Source of the DNA: an uncultured Veillonellaceae bacterium
GTDB lineage: Bacteria > Bacillota > Negativicutes > JARBTT01
NCBI GenBank assembly: GCA_963805085.1
Contig: CAWDTA010000003.1
Location: 96,001-160,000 of the forward strand
Length of the DNA: 64,000 nucleotides
Direction of reading: 5' to 3'
Shown: one piece after another, positions 49,800-60,787 of the stretch
How positions within the stretch are numbered: position 1 is the stretch's first letter
Layout: every line of letters begins with the position of its first letter
Position numbers and translations under genes: made by a program
Notes under the pieces: generated by a model
What the model saw: only the letters and a program-made list of their open reading frames with translations
What the model was told of the DNA's origin: nothing
The model's database searches: none

Positions 49800-50159
49800 A
49801 TGTGCAAAATTACTAAAGTGGATATTGTAACTCGCCCAGAAAAACTAGAAGATTTAAAAGAAGCAATGAATGTAATTGGCGTTACTGGTATGACAGTAAG
49901 TCATGTGTATGGCTGTGGCTTGTCGAAAGGTCATAAAGAGGTTTATCGTGGCAAAGCGGTAGAAGTGACTCTTAACCCGAAAATAAAAGTGGAAATTGTT
50001 ATTTGTGAGGTTCCAGTAGAAGTAGTATTGGAAGCAGCAAAAAAAGCCTGCTGCACTGGCAATATTGGCGATGGTAAAATTTTTGTTTACGATGTAGAAA
50101 ATGCGGTGAAAATCCGTACTGGTGAACAAGGCAAAGCAGCAATCGTTGATAATCACTAA
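49800..50159 (+). CDS. glnB: P-II family nitrogen regulator
   Basis: GMTV..V.G.G...G..EVYRG and TGNIGDGKIFV...IRTGE motifs. Confidence 0.9.
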   Translation: MCKITKVDIVTRPEKLEDLKEAMNVIGVTGMTVSHVYGCGLSKGHKEVYRGKAVEVTLNPKIKVEIVICEVPVEVVLEAAKKACCTGNIGDGKIFVYDVENAVKIRTGEQGKAAIVDNH

Positions 50160-50192
50160 AAGAGTTCCCGTATAAAGTTGAATAGACGAGAC

Positions 50193-50238
50193 AAAAGGCT
50201 CATTTCTATGATTGTTTATCGTAGAAATGAGCCTTTAC
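50193..50238. terminator. bidirectional terminator
   Basis: aaaggctcatttctatgat / atcgtagaaatgagccttt. Confidence 0.75.
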
Positions 50239-50255
50239 TTGCATTTGTGCTTGTA

Positions 50256-52370
50256 TTATTTTGTAAAATGTTTGGCAATCACTGCCTTGATGGTATCATA
50301 ACCGATTTCCTCTGGGAGTGCTTCTTTGATCGGTCGCAGCAAAGACGTGCCAAGCTCATGGATGACAGCGATAATTTGTTCTTCTTGCTCGGCGGGAATC
50401 AGACGATTCCAATCCACGGTATGCCCTTCTTCGCCAGCTTTAACGAGATGATTTTGAATCGTTAATGGTTTTAAATCTCGTGTTTTGGCAATTTCGTCTA
50501 AGGAGAAACCATCGTTAAACATTTGTAATGTTATTAAGTGTGTCGGTGTTTTATCTGATTTTTTTATGGGGACATCTACAGGGGGTGTCAAAGAACTTGG
50601 TGAGGCTGGGGCATAGTCTTTTAAGGCAGCTAAAAATTTCTCGCCATATTTATCTAGTTTGACTTCACCAACCCCTTTTATTTGGCGCATTTGCGATATT
50701 GTGGTTGGTAGATGTACGGACATGTCGCGTAGTGTACTGTCGGCAAAGATCAGATAAGGTGGAATACCTTCTTGTTCAGCCAGACTTTTGCGTAGTTTGC
50801 GTAAAGCACTAAAGACGTCATCGTCAGCTTCAGCCTTATGGGTTTTGACTATTTTTTGCCATACAGTTGCTTCGTTTTTTAGTACCGCAAAAGCGGTTTC
50901 GGTTAATTGAACCACAGGATATTCACTTTCTGTTAGTGTTAAATACTGCGTGGCGGTAAGTCTTTGGATCAGTGCTTTAATATCATTAACACTACGATTC
51001 GAAAATAGACCATAAGTTGGCAATTGATCAAATTCAAATTGTAATACTTTTTTATTTTTAGAACCTTTGAGAACATCGGCAATCATTGTTACACCAAAGC
51101 GTTCGTGCAAGCGATAGACACAGGAAAAAACTTTTTGGGCATCAATTGTGATATCGACGAGTTCGCTATCATCTTTACAGTTGATACAGTTCGCGCAATT
51201 TTCAGGCGTGGTGGTTTCACCAAAATATTGAATGATATATTGACGGAGACAGTTTGGGGTATGGCAGTAATCGACGATCGATTGCAATTTGCCGAGTTCA
51301 TGCTGTTTGCGCTCTGGATTTTCTACCGATTTGTCAATTAAGAATTTTTGTAGCATGATATCTTGGGAACTAAATAGTAAGATACATTCACCAGGTTCGC
51401 CATCACGACCACTACGACCAGCTTCTTGATAATATGCTTCCATATTCCTTGGCATGTTATAATGAATCACATAGCGGACGTTTGATTTATCGATTCCCAT
51501 ACCAAAAGCATTGGTAGCGACCATGACTTGAATGTTATCATACAGAAAACGTTCTTGTTCATTTGACCGTTCATCATCGCGAAGTCCTGCGTGATAATGG
51601 CCTGCTTGATAGCCTTTGTTTACGAGTGTTTCATATAAGGAGTCTACTTCTTTACGGGTAGAAGCATAGATAATACCCGCTTGATCTGCGTGATCTTTGA
51701 TATAATTTAAGACGAATTTCTGCTTGTTTTCACCACGAAGAATGCTAAAATATAAATTTGGACGGTCAAAGCCAGTAACATAACTATTGGGATGGTAAAG
51801 ACCGAGTAAGGTGATGATATCGCTTTTTACCTCTGGTGTTGCTGTAGCGGTAAAAACGCCAATCAGTGGCCGCTTTGGCAGTGAATTGATAAAGGGATAG
51901 ATTGCTTGGTAGCTTGGTCTAAAATCATGGCCCCATTGAGACAAGCAATGCGCTTCATCAATTGCAACCATGCTAACCGTCGTTTTTGCTAAAATAGCTT
52001 GAAACGTGTCCGTAGATAAACGTTCTGGTGCAACATAGATGAGCTTATAACGATTGTCACCGATATCGTAAAGGCGGCGACTTAATTCCGCGGCCGTGAG
52101 AGAACTATTGATATACGTGGAGGGAATGCCCTGATTGACTAAGGCATCTACTTGGTCTTTCATTAAAGAAATGAGTGGTGAAATAACGAGTGTAATGCCA
52201 GGAAAGAGCAGGGCAGGAATTTGAAAACAAACCGATTTTCCGGCACCTGTTGGCATAATGGCAACGGTGTCATTGCCTTCGAGTAAGCTGGAGATGATTT
52301 CTTTTTGTCCCGGGCGAAATTCATCGTAGCCGTAGAAACGTTTTAAGAGCTGGAGTGCTTTATCTAACAT
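50256..52370 (-). CDS. recQ: DNA helicase RecQ
   Basis: PTGAGKS, DEAHC.SQWGHDFRP, RQC, HRDC and C-terminal HTH. Confidence 0.97.
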   Translation of the reverse strand: MLDKALQLLKRFYGYDEFRPGQKEIISSLLEGNDTVAIMPTGAGKSVCFQIPALLFPGITLVISPLISLMKDQVDALVNQGIPSTYINSSLTAAELSRRLYDIGDNRYKLIYVAPERLSTDTFQAILAKTTVSMVAIDEAHCLSQWGHDFRPSYQAIYPFINSLPKRPLIGVFTATATPEVKSDIITLLGLYHPNSYVTGFDRPNLYFSILRGENKQKFVLNYIKDHADQAGIIYASTRKEVDSLYETLVNKGYQAGHYHAGLRDDERSNEQERFLYDNIQVMVATNAFGMGIDKSNVRYVIHYNMPRNMEAYYQEAGRSGRDGEPGECILLFSSQDIMLQKFLIDKSVENPERKQHELGKLQSIVDYCHTPNCLRQYIIQYFGETTTPENCANCINCKDDSELVDITIDAQKVFSCVYRLHERFGVTMIADVLKGSKNKKVLQFEFDQLPTYGLFSNRSVNDIKALIQRLTATQYLTLTESEYPVVQLTETAFAVLKNEATVWQKIVKTHKAEADDDVFSALRKLRKSLAEQEGIPPYLIFADSTLRDMSVHLPTTISQMRQIKGVGEVKLDKYGEKFLAALKDYAPASPSSLTPPVDVPIKKSDKTPTHLITLQMFNDGFSLDEIAKTRDLKPLTIQNHLVKAGEEGHTVDWNRLIPAEQEEQIIAVIHELGTSLLRPIKEALPEEIGYDTIKAVIAKHFTK

Positions 52371-52664
52371 TGTTTTTATAAACCTACCTTTATTTTGAAT
52401 CGCGCATATTTATTATATTACTTTTTACGTTTGATTTACTTATTTCAACAAAAATAGGGTAGATACCTTTATATTTTTAGTTTTCTATTTGGTAGTTACA
52501 GTGTAAAATAAGTACTGTTAGCAATCCTTGTAAAATAAATTACTGAATTGAGGGCTTTGGGTGTTACCAGATAAAACCTTATATAAACAAAGTGTTTTCA
52601 AAGAAATCAACTTTACAATGAAGTAGTCAATCTATTGTAGAAAGAACAAAGGAGTGTGCGCTAG

Positions 52665-53936
52665 ATGAAAAAGGAATGCTTAATTAAAATGATGGCAATC
52701 ATGACAGGTTGTTTATTATTTAATGCGACGGTTGGGTATTGTGCAGATTTATCGCTAGATCAAGCGGTTGATATGGCGCTTAGCAATAATTACGATATCA
52801 AAATTGCCCAGAAAGATAAAGAAACAGCGGATGCGGAATTAGAAGAAGCAAAGGGAGCAAACCGCCTCTCTCTAACCGCAAGCAGCAGCTTAGGAATCTC
52901 AGATACAAACAATCTGGGGACTTCTCGTTCCAACAGCAATGAAATATCTATGAGTATGCCACTTTATACTGGTGGCAAAAACGAGCTCAAAATCGATAGG
53001 GCGAAAGATGAAATTACGGCAAAAGAATTGAATTTTGCACGCACCAAGGAAACTACGGTGTTATCGACCATCTCAGATTATTATGATATTCTCGAAGCGC
53101 AAAAAGTGGTTGCTGTTGATAAGGAAACAGTGGACAATTATCAAGATCATTTAAACAATGTACATCAATTATATGCGGCAGGAAGCATTGCGAAATCTGA
53201 TGTACTCAGCACGGAAGTGCAGCTGGTGGATGCGCAGCAAACATTGGTAAAAGATCAAAATACGTATGATGTTGCGGTAAGTACCTTGAAAAATATAATC
53301 AAACTTAAAGATGAAGCGCCTTTAAATTTAGTGGATGATGCACAATATCAAACATTTGATGAGGCTTTACTTGATTGTATTAAGTATGCAAAAGAAAATC
53401 GTAAAGATTTGAGGCAATATCAAGTCCTTATCGCGCAGGCGGAAAAAGATGTTGGAATTGCTAAAAGTGGCAAGAAACCAACAGTCAATTTATCTGTTAG
53501 TAACAGTTGGGATAAGCAGGTATTGCCAAGTGATGACAATCATTCATTAACTGCGGGCGTTTCGGCAAGCTGGAATCTATTTGATAGCAATGTAACGAAT
53601 TCTAGTATAAAACAAGCTGAAATTGCAGTGGAACAAGCGAAATTGAATTTTGATAAAGAAGCGGACTCGATTGAATTAGATGTTCGTACAAATTATTTAG
53701 GCATGCGAGAAGCAGAAAAACGTTTTAATAGTACACAAGTAGCAATCAATAAAGCCGAAGAAGATTATTTCATTGCTAAAGAAAAATATAGAGCAGGCGA
53801 AGGGCTTATGCTTGACATTATTGATGCCCAACTAGCCTTAACGACTGCAAAAACAAATTATATTAAAGCACAATATGATTATGCAACTTATAAGGCCAAA
53901 TTAGAAAATGTAATGGGCATAAGTAAAGGAGAATAA
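52665..53936 (+). CDS. TolC family outer membrane efflux protein
   Basis: Signal peptide; duplicated OEP repeats (PLYTGG, WNLFD, YxAG). Confidence 0.92.
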   Translation: MKKECLIKMMAIMTGCLLFNATVGYCADLSLDQAVDMALSNNYDIKIAQKDKETADAELEEAKGANRLSLTASSSLGISDTNNLGTSRSNSNEISMSMPLYTGGKNELKIDRAKDEITAKELNFARTKETTVLSTISDYYDILEAQKVVAVDKETVDNYQDHLNNVHQLYAAGSIAKSDVLSTEVQLVDAQQTLVKDQNTYDVAVSTLKNIIKLKDEAPLNLVDDAQYQTFDEALLDCIKYAKENRKDLRQYQVLIAQAEKDVGIAKSGKKPTVNLSVSNSWDKQVLPSDDNHSLTAGVSASWNLFDSNVTNSSIKQAEIAVEQAKLNFDKEADSIELDVRTNYLGMREAEKRFNSTQVAINKAEEDYFIAKEKYRAGEGLMLDIIDAQLALTTAKTNYIKAQYDYATYKAKLENVMGISKGE

Positions 53937-53938
53937 GT

Positions 53939-55036
53939 ATGCAAGCAAAAAAAATAAAATGGATCATCGTTTTTGTAGTAATTGCGGCATGTATTGGTGG
54001 CGGTGGTTATTACTACTATAATACTAAAAAAGTAGCATCCACTGCGGTTACGCAGACTGCGATAGTTGAACGTGGTAAAATTACCTCATCGGTATCAGCA
54101 AGTGGTACGATTAAACCAGTGAATTCAGTAGAAATCAGTTCTAAAGTTACTGCTCGTTTAAAACAAGTAATGTTCAAACAAAATGACATAGTAAAAGCAG
54201 GACAAACGGTAGCGACTTTAGATAGTACGACTCTGCAGACAACCCTTGATCAATCAAAATATAAAGTAACAAATACAGAAGCAAAATATAAAAGGCTTCA
54301 ATATTTAAATTCTATTGGTGCCAAATCTGACTCTGATTTAGAAGATGCATTACTAAACTATCAAACGGCAATTTCCACTTGTGAAGGGGATCAAGCTAAT
54401 GTAAATGATACGATTATTGTTTCACCAATGGATGGTGTTGTTATCGGTGAGCCTAAAACAGTTGGAACCATGGTTACTGCTGGTGTAACTTCACCAACGG
54501 TTATCATGACGGTTGCTGATATGTCGAACAAACAAATTAATGCTAAAGTCGATGAAACTGATATTGGTAAAGTAAAAGTTGGTCAAAAAGCAACTTTTAC
54601 AGTTGATGCATATTCAGGTAAAACTTTTACAGCAACAGTATCTAACATTTCACAAACAGACGTAGGCAGTACTTGGTCGGACAGCACATCTACTACAACG
54701 GTTATTTATTATAGTGTAACCCTTGATATTGATGATCCGGAAAACCTGCTAAAACCAGCGATGACGGCTCGGGTAAATATCAATATTGCCGAAAAAAATG
54801 ACGCTCTTATGGTTCCTCTTTCGGCTTTGAAAACGAATAATGGCGGTCAATATGTTGTAGTTGTAAATCCAGACGGTAAAACTGAAAATAGAAATGTGAC
54901 AGTTGGCTTGTCTAGTGATGATAAGGTAGAAATTATCGATGGTCTTTCTGAAGGCGATAAATTGTCTATTTCTTATACAAAGTCAACTTCTAGTAGTTTA
55001 TCATCAAAACAACAGGGTGGTCCACCACCAATGTAG
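53939..55036 (+). CDS. efflux periplasmic adaptor (MacA-like)
   Basis: N-terminal TM; SPMDGVV, VDETDI and LKPAMTA motifs. Confidence 0.92.
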   Translation: MQAKKIKWIIVFVVIAACIGGGGYYYYNTKKVASTAVTQTAIVERGKITSSVSASGTIKPVNSVEISSKVTARLKQVMFKQNDIVKAGQTVATLDSTTLQTTLDQSKYKVTNTEAKYKRLQYLNSIGAKSDSDLEDALLNYQTAISTCEGDQANVNDTIIVSPMDGVVIGEPKTVGTMVTAGVTSPTVIMTVADMSNKQINAKVDETDIGKVKVGQKATFTVDAYSGKTFTATVSNISQTDVGSTWSDSTSTTTVIYYSVTLDIDDPENLLKPAMTARVNINIAEKNDALMVPLSALKTNNGGQYVVVVNPDGKTENRNVTVGLSSDDKVEIIDGLSEGDKLSISYTKSTSSSLSSKQQGGPPPM

Positions 55037-55052
55037 AAAGGAGAATATAGTA

Positions 55053-55760
55053 ATGACAATTCGTCTTTCTAATATTAAAAAGATCTATCACATCGGCGAT
55101 TCAACCGTAGCGGCATTGGATGGTTTGGATTTGCATATTAAAAAAGGGCAGTTTGCTGCCATTATGGGGCCGTCTGGCTCGGGTAAATCAACCTTGATGA
55201 ATATCTTAGGGTGTTTGGATCGACCAACCATTGGTTCCTATATCCTCGATGGCGAAGAAGTTGCACAGCTAAGTGATGATAATCTAGCGATTACACGCAA
55301 TAAAAAAATTGGCTTCGTATTTCAAAACTTTAACTTATTATCGAGAATTACGGCCTTAGAAAATGTAGCGTTACCACTGACCTATGCGGGAGTAAATAAA
55401 AAGACAAGAATAGAAAGAGCGACGGCACTACTCTCGGCTGTAGGGCTAGAGAGTAGAAAGGATCATTTGCCGAACGAACTATCAGGTGGTCAACGGCAGA
55501 GAGTTGCCATTGCTCGTGCACTGGTGAATGATCCAAGAATTATTATGGCCGATGAACCGACCGGTAATCTTGATACGAAATCAAGCATTGAGATTATGGG
55601 GTTATTTCAACAATTGCATAAAGAAGGAAAGACAATTATTCTTGTAACCCATGAACCAGATATCGCAGTGTATGCCGAGCGTCAATTGATGGTACGCGAC
55701 GGAAAGTTAGTACGCGATACGATGGGTGGCGAGCCAGAGGAGGTCGTAGAAAATGTTTAG
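55053..55760 (+). CDS. ABC transporter ATP-binding protein (MacB/LolD-like)
   Basis: [16 protein letters not shown] and DEPTGNLD motifs; ATG 55053 after AGGAG. Confidence 0.94.
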   Translation: MTIRLSNIKKIYHIGDSTVAALDGLDLHIKKGQFAAIMGPSGSGKSTLMNILGCLDRPTIGSYILDGEEVAQLSDDNLAITRNKKIGFVFQNFNLLSRITALENVALPLTYAGVNKKTRIERATALLSAVGLESRKDHLPNELSGGQRQRVAIARALVNDPRIIMADEPTGNLDTKSSIEIMGLFQQLHKEGKTIILVTHEPDIAVYAERQLMVRDGKLVRDTMGGEPEEVVENV

Positions 55761-56970
55761 AGAGAGTGTTAATATCGCTTTATCGGCATTGGTCTCCAAT
55801 AAAATGAGGTCTATTTTGACGATGCTTGGTATTATCATTGGCGTTGGAGCAGTAATTGCTATGGTTTCAATTGGAATGGGTGTACGTGATCAAGTACAGA
55901 CTTCCATTTCAAGTCTTGGTAGCAATATGCTGATTGTGTCACCTAGTTCTGCTTCTACTAAAGGAGGGCTGCGCTCCAAGGCTGGTACTAATATTACGCT
56001 GAAGTTAAGTGATGCAGAGGCAATTAAAGAAGATATCAAAAATATTGATTATGTATCACCAACAGTAAATAGTCAATATCAAGTAGTTTTTGGCAATCAA
56101 AACTGGAATACGGGTGTTTATGGTGTAACACCGGAATATATGGCGATTCGTACATTAAGTGTTGGCAGTGGTGTTTTTATTACGACCCAGGATATGAATT
56201 CTCGTAATCGTGTGGCCGTTATTGGATCTACTGTTGCGGTAAATTTATTTAACGAAGCCAATCCAATCGGAAAAAATATTCGTATTAATAACACGCCTTA
56301 TCAAGTTATCGGTGTACTTGATAGTAAAGGTCAATCTACCATGGGGCAAGATCAGGATGACGTGGTGATTATTCCTTTAACAACGGCGCAGGAAAGATTA
56401 ATTGGTGTTACCTATGTGCAATCAATTAATGTGCAGGTATCAACTGCTGAGGCAATGGATCAGGTTCAAGATGAAATTACAACGCTATTGCGTCAGCGTC
56501 ATAAAATTACTGGTACTAAAGAAGATGATTTTAATGTGCGTAATTTAACGAGTGTCATGGAAATGATGACACAAACAACGACGATGATTACTTTGTTACT
56601 TGGTAGTATTGCGGCGATTTCCCTATTGGTTGGCGGTATCGGTATTATGAATATTATGATGGTATCGGTTACCGAACGTACCCGTGAAATTGGCATTCGC
56701 AAAGCCTTAGGTGCGACCTATAATAACATTATGATGCAATTTTTAATTGAGTCCATTGTTATTGGGGTTATTGGTGGTTTCATTGGGATTATACTTGGTT
56801 GTGTTGCTGCAATTCTTATCGCTAAATTTGGTGGGTTCAATACGGTAATAACTGCCGCGCCAATTATAGTATCATTCGGTTTCTCTGTAGGGATTGGTTT
56901 GTTCTTTGGTATCTATCCTGCAAGAAAAGCAGCACTGTTAGATCCTATCGATGCATTACGGTATGAATAA
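55753..56970 (+). CDS. ABC transporter permease (MacB-like)
   Basis: [30 protein letters not shown] and PIDALRYE motifs. Confidence 0.94.
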   Translation: MFRESVNIALSALVSNKMRSILTMLGIIIGVGAVIAMVSIGMGVRDQVQTSISSLGSNMLIVSPSSASTKGGLRSKAGTNITLKLSDAEAIKEDIKNIDYVSPTVNSQYQVVFGNQNWNTGVYGVTPEYMAIRTLSVGSGVFITTQDMNSRNRVAVIGSTVAVNLFNEANPIGKNIRINNTPYQVIGVLDSKGQSTMGQDQDDVVIIPLTTAQERLIGVTYVQSINVQVSTAEAMDQVQDEITTLLRQRHKITGTKEDDFNVRNLTSVMEMMTQTTTMITLLLGSIAAISLLVGGIGIMNIMMVSVTERTREIGIRKALGATYNNIMMQFLIESIVIGVIGGFIGIILGCVAAILIAKFGGFNTVITAAPIIVSFGFSVGIGLFFGIYPARKAALLDPIDALRYE

Positions 56971-57005
56971 ATTTAGATAAAATAAGGGGCTGTCGCATTA
57001 AGAGT

Positions 57006-57032
57006 TGAACTGCAGCCTGTCAAGTAGACAAA
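57006..57032. mobile_element. orphan IS3-family-like terminal inverted repeat remnant
   Basis: tgaactgcagcctgtcaagtagaca resembles TGAACTGCACCC...TAGACA ends of IS3/IS150-type elements. No transposase follows. Confidence 0.4.
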
Positions 57033-57264
57033 ATAATAAAAAGTTTTTGGAAAGGTCAAGAAAAAATAGACATAAAGGGTAGCCCATATAATTTTGTGTA
57101 AATTGATTTTCCAAACAAATAAGATTTATAAGATAATGTATAGTCTGTAACTAAAAAACATAGCTCTAAAATACCGAGGCCACTGAAAAACTTACGTTTT
57201 TCGGCAAGCGTAGATTTAAACCGTGTACTTTTTTGAAAAAATCAAATAAATTGCTAAAAAGACG

Positions 57265-57856
57265 GGCTCTTTGTCAATAGTTGTGGTTTCAACTTTTCGG
57301 TAGGATTTATCCTACCGAAATTTTATGTACAAATCTCTGTATTAAATCGCTTAGTCCTGCGTTGACATCTCTGTGGATTATTTAATAAATAAATGATTCT
57401 TCTTTTGGAATTATCTAAGTTTCTAAAACTATAACAAATTCGCTTTAAATTCTTTATCGTTGTATTACATCCCTCAGTAAGTCCATTGCTATAACCCGTT
57501 GCAATACTATGGATTATTTCCTTTTTCCAAGTAATAGTCGTCTTTAAAACTCGTTTAAATGATGGCAGGTTTTGTTTTTCTACCGTTAGTTGAACTAGTT
57601 TTAATAGTTTTATAAATTCGTTACTGTCCTTGCTATCCATTAAGTTAAAATAGGCTTCTTTCATTGCGTATGCTGCTGTAAGGTCATCTGAATAATTCAG
57701 CATAATTTGCAATGCTTCTCTGTCATCATCTTTTTTTAGATTGTTTTCTCTGCATAATAACAGATATCTAGAATGTTTAAAATACTTTCGTTGCTCTGGT
57801 GGCAGTTTTGTCTGCAACTGTTTGCGAACGTCATCTAGAGCGTCGTTTGCCAAACG
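57265..57856 (-). mobile_element. truncated ISL3-family element (right end plus transposase C-terminus)
   Basis: GGCTCTTTGTCAA terminal IR at 57265; no matching left end seen. Confidence 0.8.
57323..57853 (-). pseudogene. ISL3 transposase C-terminal fragment
   Basis: ALDDVRK, AYAMKE and SNGLTEGCNTTIK.LKR..Y.FRN motifs; N-terminal half is missing. Confidence 0.85.
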
Positions 57857-58241
57857 TGCCTATTTAGCCCCTTAACCAAGTTGGAGTCCTGTCGTCAAAG
57901 ACCCGCGTACCCGAGTAACCCAATGATTACATTTTTTTCAATAATTAATATAAAAAGGTGTATAAATTTTTTTATTTCATTTACAATTTATAAATCATAT
58001 GTTATTATATGACATATAATGATAATTTATTCCTGACGATGCAATTTATGTATTTTGGGGAATAAAAAAGTTTGGTTTGTTACAATTAGGATATTTTTTG
58101 AATTATAAAAGATTTTTATGTTCTTTGTAACAAATGAAAATCTTTGGGGGATAGAAGAAAATCTCTCTTAAGCAAGACTACTTATGCTAGTATAAAAGAT
58201 AGAATATGAAATTTTGAAAAATATAATAGTATAGGTGAATT

Positions 58242-58913
58242 ATGAATAACTACCAAATGTATCAATTATATCTAAAATCAGGATTTTTCAAAAATTATTG
58301 TTATATAATTTTTGATACAGCAACCAATCAAGCAGTTGTTATTGACCCTGCGTGGGATTTGAAATCTATTGAGTCAGTGTTAAGAAAAGTAAATGCAGAT
58401 TTAACTGCAATTCTATTGACTCATTCTCATTTCGATCATGTTAATCTTGTAAATCCGTTAGTGGAAAGATATAATCCCCAAGTAATAATGTCAGTGAGGG
58501 AAATAAATTATTATAAATTCAGATGCAATAATTTAACTTCTGTGGAAAATGGGGATATTTTTAGTGTAGGTAAGACTGATATAAAGTGTCTTTTAACTCC
58601 GGGGCACACGGCAGGAGGTACATGTTTTCTTTTAAAAAATCATCTATTTACTGGAGATACAATATTTACTGAAGGATGTGGAATCTGTACTTCATATGGT
58701 GGAAGTCCAGTAGACATGTTTAATAGTATTCAAATGATAAAGAATACTATATCTTCTGAGATTCTTGTTTATCCGGCGCACTCGTTTGGTATAGAGCCAG
58801 GGCATACTATAGATTATCTTTTCAAACAAAACATTTATTTCCAAATTAATAATCTGGAAAATTTCATAGCATTTAGAATGCGTAAAAATCAAAAAATGTT
58901 TAATTTTAATTAA
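58242..58913 (+). CDS. metallo-beta-lactamase fold hydrolase, PksB/BaeB-like
   Basis: THSHFDH, TPGHT, FTGDT and YPAH motifs; upstream of the PKS. Confidence 0.85.
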   Translation: MNNYQMYQLYLKSGFFKNYCYIIFDTATNQAVVIDPAWDLKSIESVLRKVNADLTAILLTHSHFDHVNLVNPLVERYNPQVIMSVREINYYKFRCNNLTSVENGDIFSVGKTDIKCLLTPGHTAGGTCFLLKNHLFTGDTIFTEGCGICTSYGGSPVDMFNSIQMIKNTISSEILVYPAHSFGIEPGHTIDYLFKQNIYFQINNLENFIAFRMRKNQKMFNFN

Positions 58914-59062
58914 TAGATTTTGATTTATAGGTATTAACTTACGAAATAATTTGAATAAAACACTTAGAACAAACTTACCTATTGGTAAGTTTAAGATATT
59001 AATAAGAAAAAACTCCTTAAAAATATTAATTTCGGAGGCGTATTAATATTAAGGGGAGTGCA

Positions 59063-59120
59063 ATAACGAGGTGATCTGGAGATTCTTTTGAGTCTTCTGA
59101 TTGCCTCGTTATGCTTTTTT
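59063..59120 (+). terminator. intrinsic terminator inside the PKS cluster
   Basis: ataacgaggtgatc...gattgcctcgttat followed by gctttttt. Confidence 0.6.
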
Positions 59121-59476
59121 ATGGTTTTATTTTTGAAGAGAGTATATCAAGATATAGATTTATATTACAGAAATTAATGGGCTAGAAAAGGAGGAAGTGT
59201 GTTGGAGATGATAATAAGCAGAGATTATAGTTGATTTAATAAATATAAGTAGGCAGTAATATTAAATTTGAGTTTAAATAATCATTGTATGAATTTATGT
59301 AAAATGATTATTTAATAACTTTTTTCATTAGAAGGAGTGCTTGAATTTCTGCCATTACGAGTTCAATGCAATGGAGTGAGATGACCTTAAATAGTAGGCT
59401 GGTGTCAAACATATTTTTCTTGTTGATCCTATTGATTGGATAGTTCCAAATTTTAATTAGGTTAGGTTGGTGTATA

Positions 59477-60256
59477 GTGATAAATTATTTACCGCAAATA
59501 ATTGTCGATGACTTACTTTTCAAAGAAAAAGAAAATACTTTTAAGGGAGGTATATGCATATGTAATTTTAGCAATTGGTCGCATTACCATGAGGTGATAA
59601 ATTATTTACATCCAAAGGAAAAAGAGTATTATGATCGATTGAATATTGATAATAGAAAGAAAAGCTACCTCATAGGTAGGTATGCAGCAAAGAGAGCTAT
59701 TTCATTTTTTACTGGTGAGAATAATTATGAAAGTATATTAATACAATGGGGAATATTTAATCAACCGGTTGTAATAAATAAAAATTTACATAATACTCAG
59801 ACAAGTATAACTCATTCTGGAAATTATGGAGCAGCAGTTGTATTTCCAGAGAGTTTACCTATTGGGATAGACATAGAGAAAATTGATCCTAGAAAAAATT
59901 TTTTACTTGAAAAACAAATTACTTCAAATGAAGGAGAGTTAATAAATAGTTTTTTATATCCTCATGATACAAAACTTACAATATTATGGACTGTCAAAGA
60001 AGCATTGTCTAAAGTGATTAAAAGTGGTCTAACAGCAACGCTTGATATATTTGAAGTAAACAAAATAGAATTGAAACAAAATTATGTAGTCAATTATTTT
60101 ACGCACTTTTATCAGTATTGTGCAATTTCATTTGAATTAGACGATCGTTATATCTGTTCTATTACATATCCTAAAAATGTAGAATTGTTTATAAACATTG
60201 CAAGTTTGCAAGAACATTTTTGCCGGCTACTCCGTTCAGAAGAAATTAACTTGTAG
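59477..60256 (+). CDS. 4'-phosphopantetheinyl transferase (Sfp-type)
   Basis: SITHS, IGIDIE and WTVKEALSK motifs. Confidence 0.9.
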   Translation: MINYLPQIIVDDLLFKEKENTFKGGICICNFSNWSHYHEVINYLHPKEKEYYDRLNIDNRKKSYLIGRYAAKRAISFFTGENNYESILIQWGIFNQPVVINKNLHNTQTSITHSGNYGAAVVFPESLPIGIDIEKIDPRKNFLLEKQITSNEGELINSFLYPHDTKLTILWTVKEALSKVIKSGLTATLDIFEVNKIELKQNYVVNYFTHFYQYCAISFELDDRYICSITYPKNVELFINIASLQEHFCRLLRSEEINL

Positions 60257-60390
60257 TTTAGATGCTTTAAATAGTACTGAATTTTCAAGTTTATTTTTTT
60301 GCACAGGGTAGTCAAATTATTATCATCTTAAGTTGAAAAATGAGTTGATTATTTCTAGGCCTTGAATAGATCGAAAGGAATGATTTTACC

Positions 60391-60628
60391 ATGGACAAAA
60401 AAATAGTCTTTATGTTTTCAGGACAAGGTTCGCAGTTTTACAATATGGGAAAAAGTCTCTATATTCATGACCAAAAATTTCGGGATACAATTCGCAATTT
60501 AAATGATATTATATATAAATTTATAGGTGTCTCGGTATTAGATGAGCTATATGGTGAAGATAAAAAAAGTAGTGGAAAATGTAAAGAAAGTAAAAGCATT
60601 ATTTTCAAAATATCAAGGAAGAGGCTAA
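60391..60628 (+). pseudogene. internally deleted stand-alone acyltransferase/acyl hydrolase (PksD/BaeD-like)
   Basis: IVFMFSGQGSQ N-terminus of only about 60 aa, with no GHSxG. An out-of-frame tail VENVKKVKALFSKYQGRG* runs 60572-60628. Confidence 0.7.
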
Positions 60629-60787
60629 TGTTAAATTGGCAGCATGCTTTATCGACAGGGACATAGAAAATCCAACCTTATAGTGAAGCGTACTTTTTTC
60701 AAAGTGTCCTAAAGCTCATAATTGCAATGAAGTGGATTTTTCTCATTACCTCTTAATTTAATATATGGAAAGTGGAGGAAAAAGTTT

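Noticed and set aside
27273-56702. Numerous 60-190 aa ORFs antisense to or inside well-supported genes (e.g. 27273-27650, 38392-38772, 41912-42475, 43023-43460, 45779-46183)
   Set aside because: Shadow ORFs with no motifs or RBS.
57860-57925. GC-rich patch after the ISL3 fragment, considered as a group II intron or transposon end
   Set aside because: No domain V/VI consensus or recognisable terminal repeat.
60686-60720. agcgtacttttttc...gtgtcctaaagctca considered as a Tn3-like IR
   Set aside because: It lacks the terminal CCCC and a partner repeat; similarity is too weak.
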